From Spirochaetia bacterium (GTDB taxonomy: Bacteria > Spirochaetota > Spirochaetia > DSM-27196 > PWMO01): a DNA stretch of 32,548 nt. Below the pieces are notes generated by a model. It made no database searches. It had not been told where the DNA came from and saw only the letters and a list, made by a program, of their open reading frames with translations. The position numbers were made by a program, and so were the translations under genes. The stretch lies in contig JAWLDL010000001.1 of the NCBI GenBank assembly GCA_041686675.1, positions 1 to 32,548 of the forward strand. The letters run 5' to 3'. Positions 10,327 to 18,062 of this stretch are shown here, piece after piece; positions within the stretch are counted from its first letter, which is position 1, and each line of letters begins with the position of its first letter.

Positions 10327-11793
10327 ATGAGCACTGACTCCTGGAACATCTTCTGGGACGAAGCGATGAAGCAGATACGCGCCGAGCTGTCGGAGCAGGA
10401 GTTCTCTATGTGGTTTAACCGTATGGATTACTCCTACTCACGGGACTCGGAAATCGTCGTTACCGTCCCTTCCTCCTTCTACCGCGATCAGGTTCGCCAG
10501 CGGTATCTTCCGATGATCGAGCAGAAACTCCATGAGCTCTCGGGAACCGATCTAGCCCTCGATTTCGAGGTGAAAGCCATGCCACGAGGCGACAACGGCT
10601 CCTCTTCCCGTTCAACCTCGGCGGCGAACACCGACGGCGAAGACGGGGATGCCGAGGACGGGGCCGCTGGTGCCGAGACAGACGGTAGTAGCGCCCCCGC
10701 GCGGGCCGGTGCGGCCGGAGGTGTGATGACCACTCCCGCCAAGAAACCCCCGCACCCCAACCTGCGCGAAGAGTACACCTTCGAGAACTTCGTCATCGGG
10801 CAGAACAACTCCTTTGCAGCCAACGCCGCTATGGCAATCGCGCGCAATCCGGGCACCGGCTACAACCCCTGTCTGATCTACGGGGGTGTCGGGCTGGGAA
10901 AGACCCATCTCATTCAATCGATCGGCAACTGGGCACATCAGGAGTTCGACAGCCTGAAGATCCTCTACGTCACCATGGAGAGTTTCACCAACGATTTCAT
11001 TCAGTCGTTGCGGGAGAACCGCACGCAGAGCTTCAAGAACCGCTACCGCTACGCGGATATCCTCCTCGTCGACGACATCCATTTTCTGCAGAACAAGCCC
11101 GAGACGCAGGAAGAGCTCTTCCACACTTTCAACGCCCTCTATGACTCGAACAAGCAGATGGTGTTCACCTCCGACCGACCGGTCTCGGATATCCGCGACC
11201 TCACCGATCGCCTGCGCAGCCGATTCGAGCGCGGCCTCAACGTCGACCTCCAGCCCCCTTCCTACGAGACCCGCTACGCCATTCTCAGAAAGAAGATCGA
11301 CCGCACGGGGATCCGTATTCCGGAGGAAGTGACGGAGCTCATCTGCAACAACGTCACCACGAACGTCCGGGACCTCGAGTCGGCCCTCACCAAGCTTGTC
11401 GCATACGCCGATCTCGTGGACAAGGAGATCTCACCCGATGTCGCGCGGCAGCAGCTCAAGGACTTCTTTGCAAGTCCCAAGCAGACGAACATCACCATGG
11501 ACGTGATTCAACGCACCGTCGCGGACTATTTCAATCTCTCGAGCCAGGAGCTCAAAGGAAAGAAACGTACCAAGGTCATCGCGTTTCCCCGGCAGCTCGC
11601 CATGTACATTGCGCGGGAGATAACCGAATACTCAACCACGGAGGTGGGCCTCGAGTTCGGCGGACGGGATCACACCACTGTGATGCATGCATGCCAGCGC
11701 ATCGAGCATCGGATGCGCACCGACCCGACGGTGGAACCGACCGTTCAGTTCCTCGTTCGCCAGATAAAAGAGCAGGGAACAAAGTCTAGATAA
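10327..11793 (+). CDS. dnaA: Chromosomal replication initiator DnaA
   Basis: 488 aa. Has Walker A GGVGLGKTHL, LLVDDIHF, box VII/sensor motifs, and C-terminal domain IV (VIAFPRQLAMYIAREITEYSTTEVGLEFGGRDHTTVMHACQRI). Domain II is a long Gly/Asp/Ala-rich linker. Confidence 0.97.
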   Translation: MSTDSWNIFWDEAMKQIRAELSEQEFSMWFNRMDYSYSRDSEIVVTVPSSFYRDQVRQRYLPMIEQKLHELSGTDLALDFEVKAMPRGDNGSSSRSTSAANTDGEDGDAEDGAAGAETDGSSAPARAGAAGGVMTTPAKKPPHPNLREEYTFENFVIGQNNSFAANAAMAIARNPGTGYNPCLIYGGVGLGKTHLIQSIGNWAHQEFDSLKILYVTMESFTNDFIQSLRENRTQSFKNRYRYADILLVDDIHFLQNKPETQEELFHTFNALYDSNKQMVFTSDRPVSDIRDLTDRLRSRFERGLNVDLQPPSYETRYAILRKKIDRTGIRIPEEVTELICNNVTTNVRDLESALTKLVAYADLVDKEISPDVARQQLKDFFASPKQTNITMDVIQRTVADYFNLSSQELKGKKRTKVIAFPRQLAMYIAREITEYSTTEVGLEFGGRDHTTVMHACQRIEHRMRTDPTVEPTVQFLVRQIKEQGTKSR

Positions 11794-11795
11794 GT

Positions 11796-11804
11796 TGTGG
11801 ATGA
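11796..11804 (+). promoter_or_regulatory. DnaA box, 1 mismatch (TGTGGATGA)
   Basis: Starts 3 nt after the dnaA stop. A weaker TGTGAATAG lies at 11867-11875. Confidence 0.5.
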
Positions 11805-11929
11805 GCCCGGGATATCTCGGCATACTACGGAGAATCGTTTCGGCGGCGTCGAACATGTGAGTCGATTGTGAATAGAGGCAGGCAGTTGTTCAGTAGGTGA
11901 GCACGTTACAGGGTCAGGAGATAGAGTGG

Positions 11930-11938
11930 TTTTCCACA
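11930..11938 (-). promoter_or_regulatory. DnaA box, 1 mismatch, opposite orientation (TTTTCCACA on the + strand)
   Basis: One mismatch to TTATCCACA. It sits 12 nt upstream of the CTA-repeat run. Confidence 0.55.
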
Positions 11939-11950
11939 TAATCACAGTGC

Positions 11951-11990
11951 CTACTACTACTGCTTCTAGAATTTACATATAAGGTATAAG
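11951..11990. other. DnaA-trio-like repeat (CTACTACTACTGCTTCTA) followed by an AT-rich tract; candidate origin unwinding element
   Basis: At 11951-11968 the + strand reads CTA CTA CTA CTG CTT CTA, so the complement reads 3'-GAT GAT GAT GAC GAA GAT-5'. It is followed by gaatttacatataaggtataag, the most AT-rich stretch near dnaA. Confidence 0.5.
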
Positions 11991-12002
11991 AAGGAGAGCC
12001 TG

Positions 12003-13106
12003 ATGAAGTTCATCTGCGAGCGTGACACGATCATGAAGGAGATCTCGGTTGCCCAGGAGATCATCTCCTCCAAGAACAGCATGTCGATCCTCTCGAACGT
12101 CCTGCTCGATGCCCGCGAGGAGACTGTGACCATTCGGGCGACAGATCTGCGGGTGAGCTTCGAAACACGGATCCCGGTGGAAGTGGTGAACGCGGGTACG
12201 ACGACGGTGTTCTGCGAGAAGTTGCTCGGTATCCTCCGGTCCCTGCCCTCCGGCGACGTGGAGTTCGAGCTTCGCGAGGGAAACAGTTTCTCTATCAACC
12301 CGGTGTTCAAGAAGATCAATTTTGAGCTCAAGGGCATCGAATCCGACAAGTTCCCCGAGATCCAGCTCGCCTCCGAAGATCAGTACTTCGAGCTCTCCCA
12401 GGCGGCGTTCATCGACATGATCTCCCAGACCATCTTCGCCGTCTCCGATGACGAAACCCGCTACTTCATGAACGGGGTCTACATGGAGAATCTCGATGGA
12501 GATCTGGTGATGGTGGCAACCGACGGCAGGCGCCTTTCCTACATAAAAAAAACGCCGCAGGAGCCGGTAAAGGAGTTCCAGGGCGTCATCATCCCGCCGA
12601 AGGTGCTCAATCTCATCAGGAAGCTCGCCTCTGGCGAAGGAACCTTCTCGCTCGCGGTGACAGAGAAGAACCTCTTCGTCCAGTTCGACAATCAGCGCAT
12701 CTCCTCCGCCCTCATCGAGGGGCAGTTTCCCAACTATCGCCGGGTAATCCCCGAGGAGCAGAAGTATCGTATTGCGGTGAAAAAGAACGAGCTCCTCGAG
12801 GCGCTCAAGCGCGTGTCGCTGCTCGTGGAGAAGTCGCGACGGATCTACGTCGATCGCGGAAGCGAGGTGATGACGCTGAGCTCGGAGGAAAGTGAGGTTG
12901 GCGTCGCGCGTGAGGAGATCTCCTGTTCCTACGAGGGGCCGGAGGAGAAGATCGCGCTGAACTACATGTACCTCCTCGAGCCGCTTCGGGTTATCGATAC
13001 CGAGGATCTCGCCATTCAGTTCTCCGAGCCGAACCGCGCTATCAGCATCTACTCGGATCCCGAGAAGGACTACTTCCACATCGTCATGCCAATGCAGCTC
13101 GACTGA
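12003..13106 (+). CDS. dnaN: DNA polymerase III beta sliding clamp
   Basis: 367 aa. MKFICERD...L...ISVAQEIISSKNSMSILSNVLL is a typical DnaN N-terminus, and the protein has three-domain length. AAGGAG RBS upstream. Confidence 0.97.
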   Translation: MKFICERDTIMKEISVAQEIISSKNSMSILSNVLLDAREETVTIRATDLRVSFETRIPVEVVNAGTTTVFCEKLLGILRSLPSGDVEFELREGNSFSINPVFKKINFELKGIESDKFPEIQLASEDQYFELSQAAFIDMISQTIFAVSDDETRYFMNGVYMENLDGDLVMVATDGRRLSYIKKTPQEPVKEFQGVIIPPKVLNLIRKLASGEGTFSLAVTEKNLFVQFDNQRISSALIEGQFPNYRRVIPEEQKYRIAVKKNELLEALKRVSLLVEKSRRIYVDRGSEVMTLSSEESEVGVAREEISCSYEGPEEKIALNYMYLLEPLRVIDTEDLAIQFSEPNRAISIYSDPEKDYFHIVMPMQLD

Positions 13107-13131
13107 GCCTCAATATGCACGAATAGCCGCA

Positions 13132-14235
13132 GTGGGATTTCTCTCCGTTCGAACCTACAACTTCAGAAACCTCGCAGACGGCGAGGTGATGTGTGATGCC
13201 CCGGAGGTCTTTCTCGTCGGCGAGAACGGTCAGGGGAAGACGAACTTCCTCGAGGCGATCTACGTGCTCTGCTACGGCGGGTCCTTCCGGGTCCGTCGTG
13301 ATGAGCAACTCTGCCGCGAAGGTGAAAACCAGCTGCTGCTGCGCGGGCGTATCCGTGACGGCTACGGGGAGACGCATGACCTTGCCTACGGCTGGGAGTC
13401 GGGAAAGGACACCGGCAAAAAGAGCATCCGGCTCAACGGAAAGCCGGTCGGCGACCGCAAAGAGCTTGTCTCGATTCTGCCGTGCATCATTTTCGCCCAC
13501 GACGATATCGAGTTCGTCCAGGGCTCGCCGGATCGCCAGCGGTTCTTCTTCGACCAGACGCTGAGTCTCTACGATCCCCTGTTCATAGATGTGCTGAGGC
13601 GTTACCGAAAGGTGCTGCGCGCGCGCAATATCGCGCTGAAAGACGGGCGAGGTGATCTTCTCGACGTCTACGACCGCCAGCTTGCCGAGGCGGGGATGGA
13701 GCTCCTCGAGCGGCGAAGCGAGGCGACGGCGGCCTTCAATACGACCTTTTCGGAGCTCTTCACCGGGATTTCCGGGTTTGCCGAGCCGCTGCACATCGAA
13801 CACCGGCCCTCCTGGCGTGTTGAGACCGCCGGGGAGGCCGAGGCGCAGCTCTCCCGGCGCCGGGAGCATGATTTCTACATGAAGACCACTACTTCGGGAC
13901 CGCACCGTGACCGGTTCGTCTACCGGCAGGCGGGCCGCGATTTCACCAGAACCGCCTCCACCGGGCAGCTGCGCCTCGTGTCCCTCATCCTCAGGGTGGC
14001 ACAGGCGCAGTTCTTTGCCGCGCGCAGCGGGCGCTCGCCGGTGCTGCTTCTCGACGACGTGCTTCTCGAGCTCGATCCCACGAGGAGAAAGCGCTTTCTC
14101 GACGCGCTGCCCGGATACGAGCAGGCCTTCTTCACCTTTCTCCCGGATGAGCGCTTCGGTGACTACCGCCGCGAGAACACGTTGATCTACCGGGTTACAG
14201 AGGGTACCATTGAGGCATATGGAACGGGCGGGTGA
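13132..14235 (+). CDS. recF: DNA replication/repair protein RecF
   Basis: 367 aa. Has Walker A GENGQGKTNFLEAI, signature SGPHRDRF...STGQLRL, and Walker B LLLDDVLLELD. GTG start. Confidence 0.95.
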   Translation: MGFLSVRTYNFRNLADGEVMCDAPEVFLVGENGQGKTNFLEAIYVLCYGGSFRVRRDEQLCREGENQLLLRGRIRDGYGETHDLAYGWESGKDTGKKSIRLNGKPVGDRKELVSILPCIIFAHDDIEFVQGSPDRQRFFFDQTLSLYDPLFIDVLRRYRKVLRARNIALKDGRGDLLDVYDRQLAEAGMELLERRSEATAAFNTTFSELFTGISGFAEPLHIEHRPSWRVETAGEAEAQLSRRREHDFYMKTTTSGPHRDRFVYRQAGRDFTRTASTGQLRLVSLILRVAQAQFFAARSGRSPVLLLDDVLLELDPTRRKRFLDALPGYEQAFFTFLPDERFGDYRRENTLIYRVTEGTIEAYGTGG

Positions 14236-14737
14236 TCTCCTCGAGGCCTTTCTCAGGCTCCACAACATCACCGGTGGCGAAGAGTACGTCGCCTTTTTCA
14301 AGAGCTGGCACCGCATCGTCGGCACCGACATCGCCGCGCACACCCGCGTGACCGACATCAGAAACGGCGCGCTGAAGGTCGAGGTCGATCATCCCGGGTG
14401 GATGCAGATGCTGCAGATGCGAAAAGACGAGATCGTGCGAAAGGTCGCGGCAAAGTATCCGCAGCTCGGGGTGAGGAATATCCATATGCGTCTCGTCGGT
14501 TCGTTCAGCGGTCCCGGTCCCGGCACCGGCGCGGCATCCGAACGGGCGGCCCGGCAGGAGGGCGAGGACGGGAGACCAGGGGCGGACGACACGAATTCCG
14601 GCGCCGGCGAGGCGGCACCGCCGTCGCGAGAGGATAGCAAAAACGCCCGTGAAGCCCTCGGTCGCATCGAGGACGAAGGCCTCCGGGACACCCTTTCACG
14701 TTTGTATCGGGATCTCGAGAACAAGAACGCCGATTGA
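14219..14737 (+). CDS. DUF721 (DciA-like) protein
   Basis: It sits in the conserved position right after recF. The N-terminal roughly 95 aa (W..IVG..IA.HTRV.DIRNGALKVEVDHPGWMQMLQMRKDEIVRKV) fit the DUF721 pattern. The C-terminal half is Gly/Pro/acidic low complexity. The start is ATG 14219 or TTG 14210, and both overlap the recF 3' end. Confidence 0.7.
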   Translation: MERAGDLLEAFLRLHNITGGEEYVAFFKSWHRIVGTDIAAHTRVTDIRNGALKVEVDHPGWMQMLQMRKDEIVRKVAAKYPQLGVRNIHMRLVGSFSGPGPGTGAASERAARQEGEDGRPGADDTNSGAGEAAPPSREDSKNAREALGRIEDEGLRDTLSRLYRDLENKNAD

Positions 14738-14763
14738 CACACGGCTCGAGGGCTCTGTATACT
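14734..14763 (+). promoter_or_regulatory. Candidate rpmH operon promoter (TTGACA-18-TATACT)
   Basis: A perfect TTGACA at 14734-14739 overlaps the DUF721 stop. An 18-nt spacer follows, then TATACT at 14758-14763, 48 nt upstream of the rpmH ATG. Confidence 0.45.
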
Positions 14764-14811
14764 ACGTTTCCCATTCACGTGGCCGATTAATTCTCGTTTG
14801 GAGCTAGAGAT

Positions 14812-14967
14812 ATGAAACGAACCTATCAGCCGAGCAGGCGAAAGCGAAACCGCAAGTTCGGATTTCGCGCCCGCATGAAAACGCGGGGTGGCCGAGAAGT
14901 GCTCAGACGTCGTCGGGCCAAGGGCCGCAAGAAACTTTCCATCTCGGATGAGCGAAAGCCTTACTAG
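14812..14967 (+). CDS. rpmH: 50S ribosomal protein L34
   Basis: Hand translation gives [51 protein letters not shown], a canonical L34 core with a short C-terminal tail. It is below the ORF-track size cutoff. Confidence 0.93.
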   Translation: MKRTYQPSRRKRNRKFGFRARMKTRGGREVLRRRRAKGRKKLSISDERKPY

Positions 14968-15295
14968 AGATGAACGGCTCAGACGGCGGTCGGAGATACG
15001 GCGCGTCTTCGAACATGGCAGGAAGTTCAGCTGTCGGGGCCTGAGGCTCCGCATCATGGAGAACGCTCTACCGTACAATCGGGTGCTTGTTGCACCGGTA
15101 AAAAAAGCCGGGAATGCCGTAAACCGGAACAGGCTCCGGCGGGTGGGAAAAGAGGCGTACAGACGTCTCAAATCCTGCCTGGACAGCGGTTTCGACCTCG
15201 CATTCGTTGTCTATCCCGGCGACTACAGCTTTTCCGAGCGGCTCGAACAATTCCAGCGCCTCCTCCGCGACGCCCGCGTGCTAAACGATGAGTAG
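14948..15295 (+). CDS. rnpA: Ribonuclease P protein component
   Basis: Trimmed to the ATG at 14948, giving [21 protein letters not shown]. It has the RNR motif [18 protein letters not shown] and is 115 aa. It overlaps the rpmH 3' end by 20 nt, and the rpmH-rnpA order is the conserved one. Confidence 0.85.
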   Translation: MSESLTRDERLRRRSEIRRVFEHGRKFSCRGLRLRIMENALPYNRVLVAPVKKAGNAVNRNRLRRVGKEAYRRLKSCLDSGFDLAFVVYPGDYSFSERLEQFQRLLRDARVLNDE

Positions 15296-15303
15296 GAGCT
15301 CAC

Positions 15304-17073
15304 ATGGATAAGAATACCCTCTACGCCGTCATCCTCTCGGTAGTCGTGATTACCGTCGGATTCATGGTGCAGAACATGCTCTACCCGCCGGAACCCGTTC
15401 CGCAGCAGGCGCAGGAGCAGACCGAGGGCACGACACAGCCCGGTGGATCGGCGGAGGCGGAGGGTCAACAGGCTCCCGGCACCGACGAGACAGCTCAGTC
15501 CGAGCCAACCGCGGAGCCGGCGCGCGAGCTGGCTGCCGGCGCAATCGCACCGGTTCCCGAGGACGGCATCCCGGCTCAGACCCGCACCTACGGGAATGAC
15601 GTAATCGATGTCACCTTTTCTCCCCGGGGAGCAAGCGTCACCTCATTCCGGCTTCTCGAGCATCTCGCCGACGGTGAGCCCGTGGAGATGATCTTCCGCG
15701 GCCGCGAGGATCAGGCCGCCTTCCGCCTGCACTTCGGCGGTCCGGACACCGAGGCGGATACCGCGCTCTATCACTACCGTGATACCACTGACCCGAATAC
15801 CGTGGAGTTCTACCGGGACTTCTACGTGGTGGGTAACGAAGCAGAACCCTTTCGCATCGTGAAGCGCTACAACTTCCAGCCCGGCGAGTACCTCTTTGAG
15901 GTCGAGGTGGAGATCGAGAACAGCGTCAACGCCTACATTCCGTTGAACTTCGACGGTACGGCCTACACGCTCGAGTTCGGTCCCCAGATCGGCCCCGAGT
16001 TCCAGGAGCTCGACCGCCGCACCGAGTATCGCCGCTACTACACCTACGCCGACGGCGACCGCAACACCGTCCGCATGGGCCGCGGTGACCGTGAGACCAT
16101 CACCGAGCAGATCGACTGGGCGTCGATTGTCGGCAAGTACTTCAACGTGGTCGGGGTCCTCGACGCCGCGCAGTATACGACAGTCATGTCGGCCGTCCCG
16201 GAGCCGGGGCTCGACGACGCCTCGAAGATATTTTTCTCCCGCTCGACCATACAGAGCTCGCGAAACACCGATACCTTCCGCTTTTTCATCGGCCCGAAGG
16301 TGGCCCGCGTACTCGAGAGTTACAACGACGCCGACGACAATGCCTGGGGCATTCAGGGCCTCGATCTGCAGGAATCAATGGATACCAGATTTCTGCTCGG
16401 CTGGCTCGAGAACCTGCTCAAGGCGATCCTCACGTTCATCGTGCGCTTCGTCCCGAACTACGGGATCGCAATCATCATCCTGACCATTCTCGTGAAGGCG
16501 ATTCTCTTTCCGCTGACGCACAAGAGTTACGAGTCGACGGCGAAGATGCAGGAGCTCAGTCCGAAGATGCAGGAGGTCCGGGAGAAGTACAAGGACAACC
16601 CGCAGAAGATGAACGCCGAGATGGCGAACATGTACAAGAAAGAAGGAGTGAACCCGCTCGGTGGCTGTCTGCCGCTGATGCTGCAGCTTCCCTTCTTCAT
16701 CGCCATGTTCGGATTGTTCAACAATCACTTCGACTTGCGCGGGGCGACATTCATTCCCGGATGGATCAACGACCTCTCCGCGCCTGAGTCGATACTGAAC
16801 TTCGGTGACTTCACCTTGCCCCTTCTCGGGTGGAACGATCTGCGCCTGCTGCCCATCCTCTTCGTGGGTACGCAGCTCATTACCAGCAAAATCATGCAGA
16901 ACCCCGGCGCATCGACGCAGCAGATGCGCATGATCACCTACATGCTGCCGATCGTCTTCTTCTTCGTTCTCTACAACATGCCGTCGGGACTGCTGGTATA
17001 CTGGATCGTGACCAATGTACTCACGGCCGCGCAGCAGTACTTCAATAATCGCAAGAAACACAGGCATGCCTGA
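15304..17073 (+). CDS. yidC: Membrane protein insertase YidC (long, diderm-type with a large periplasmic domain)
   Basis: 589 aa. It has an N-terminal TM, a periplasmic domain of about 330 aa, and the C-terminal 60-kDa insertase core (NYGIAIIILTILVKAILFPLT...MQELSPKMQE...NPLGGCLPLMLQLPFFIA...PSGLLVYW). Confidence 0.95.
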   Translation: MDKNTLYAVILSVVVITVGFMVQNMLYPPEPVPQQAQEQTEGTTQPGGSAEAEGQQAPGTDETAQSEPTAEPARELAAGAIAPVPEDGIPAQTRTYGNDVIDVTFSPRGASVTSFRLLEHLADGEPVEMIFRGREDQAAFRLHFGGPDTEADTALYHYRDTTDPNTVEFYRDFYVVGNEAEPFRIVKRYNFQPGEYLFEVEVEIENSVNAYIPLNFDGTAYTLEFGPQIGPEFQELDRRTEYRRYYTYADGDRNTVRMGRGDRETITEQIDWASIVGKYFNVVGVLDAAQYTTVMSAVPEPGLDDASKIFFSRSTIQSSRNTDTFRFFIGPKVARVLESYNDADDNAWGIQGLDLQESMDTRFLLGWLENLLKAILTFIVRFVPNYGIAIIILTILVKAILFPLTHKSYESTAKMQELSPKMQEVREKYKDNPQKMNAEMANMYKKEGVNPLGGCLPLMLQLPFFIAMFGLFNNHFDLRGATFIPGWINDLSAPESILNFGDFTLPLLGWNDLRLLPILFVGTQLITSKIMQNPGASTQQMRMITYMLPIVFFFVLYNMPSGLLVYWIVTNVLTAAQQYFNNRKKHRHA

Positions 17074-17088
17074 TACAGGAGCAAGACT

Positions 17089-17751
17089 ATGGTACAAGAG
17101 TTCGAAGGACGCACCGAGAAGGAGGCTATCGATCAGGCGATAGCCGACCTCGGAATAGAGCGTGATGAGTTCGACGTGGAGGTGCTGGACACCCAGAAAG
17201 CCGGCTTCCTGGGCATGGGAAAGAAGGTGAAGATCCGCGTTCACTACGATGGCGGCCCCGTGGCCGTCAGGAGCGGCGAGGCGGAGGATGACTTCGAGCA
17301 TGCTCTCGTGGACTTCGTCCAGAATGTCACCGAGAAGATGGACTATCCCGCCGAGGTGCGCATTGCATACCGCGAGGACAACAAGATCGGACTGCGGCTC
17401 GAGTCCCCGCACTCGAACATTCTTATCGGCCGCAAGGGCAAAAATCTGGACGCGCTACAGTTGCTTGCCAACGTCGTTGCAGGTAAGCTGGATCATGACG
17501 ACATCAAGGTGATAGTCGACGCCGAGAACTACCGCAGTCGCCGCGAAGAGAGCCTGATTCGGCTCGCCCAGAAGGTCGGCGACGAGGTCAAGCGCTCCCA
17601 CGGGTCAAAGTTGCTCGAGCCGATGAACCCGTTTGAGCGTCGGCTCATTCACACCACGCTCAACGACGTGGCCGGCATTGCCACGCGGAGCGAGGGAGAG
17701 GGACTCTACAAGCAGGTTCGGGTGTATTATCAGGGCGCGGGAGACCGATAA
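17089..17751 (+). CDS. jag: Jag/KhpB RNA-binding protein (Jag_N + KH + R3H)
   Basis: 220 aa. Has the Jag N-domain (EGRTEKEAIDQAIADLGI), KH motif (LIGRKGKNLDALQLL) and R3H motif (ERRLIHTTL). It sits in the conserved position after yidC. Confidence 0.9.
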   Translation: MVQEFEGRTEKEAIDQAIADLGIERDEFDVEVLDTQKAGFLGMGKKVKIRVHYDGGPVAVRSGEAEDDFEHALVDFVQNVTEKMDYPAEVRIAYREDNKIGLRLESPHSNILIGRKGKNLDALQLLANVVAGKLDHDDIKVIVDAENYRSRREESLIRLAQKVGDEVKRSHGSKLLEPMNPFERRLIHTTLNDVAGIATRSEGEGLYKQVRVYYQGAGDR

Positions 17752-17760
17752 AGCCGCGCT

Positions 17761-17780
17761 TGTGGATAATCTGTGGAGAA
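17761..17780 (+). promoter_or_regulatory. Tandem DnaA boxes (TGTGGATAA + TGTGGAGAA) just after the jag stop
   Basis: Perfect box at 17761-17769 and a 1-mismatch box at 17772-17780, with 2-nt spacing. This is the same tandem geometry as at 10295-10314. Confidence 0.7.
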
Positions 17781-17953
17781 ACACGGTGAAAACGGCCCCG
17801 TTCGCGGACGGAACACGAGGTTTTTCCCTGAATCGAGCCGAGCGGCGGCTCCACAGTTCAAAAATCAGCCGAAATTCGGGCCTTTTTGGGCATTCGGTTG
17901 GCATGAGACCCGCATCCGAGCACGCACGCGGCAACGACCGGCGCGCGCTACTG

Positions 17954-17973
17954 TGTGGACTGCTTGTGGATAA
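17954..17973 (+). promoter_or_regulatory. Tandem DnaA boxes (TGTGGACTG + TGTGGATAA) upstream of gcvT
   Basis: A 2-mismatch box at 17954-17962 and a perfect box at 17965-17973, again spaced 2 nt apart, about 90 nt upstream of the gcvT ATG. Confidence 0.65.
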
Positions 17974-18062
17974 CTTCGGCATAAATGTCACTAATCCGTT
18001 GCTTATAAAGGAAATAACCCAGATTCTGTCTACCGGTCCGCGATACGCGAAGGAGACGCAAG

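Noticed and set aside
11973-13079. A 368-aa ORF almost exactly co-extensive with dnaN on the opposite strand. Similar long antisense ORFs lie opposite recF (13084..14358), gcvPB (20931..22559), gyrA (5410..6450), gyrB (8001..9041), add (3747..4739), yidC/jag (16375..17412), gcvT (18096..18863), parA (2333..about 3178), and many shorter ones.
   Set aside because: Each lies opposite a gene with unambiguous family motifs. Their translations are Arg/Ala/Gly/Pro-rich with no recognisable domains. Strong GC3 bias removes stop codons from the antisense frames. I therefore treat them as compositional artefacts, not overlapping genes.
17752-18062. A possible glycine riboswitch upstream of gcvT, which is common for this operon.
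   Set aside because: The hallmark GGAGAG...ACCGAAGGGGCAA...CUCUCAGGCAAAAGGAC blocks are absent. Only a loose 10/14 resemblance (CGCGGACGGAACAC versus CGCCGAAGGAGCAA) sits within the CTGTGGAG/CTCCACAG hairpin. An Infernal search with the Rfam glycine model would be decisive. I expect it to be negative or marginal.
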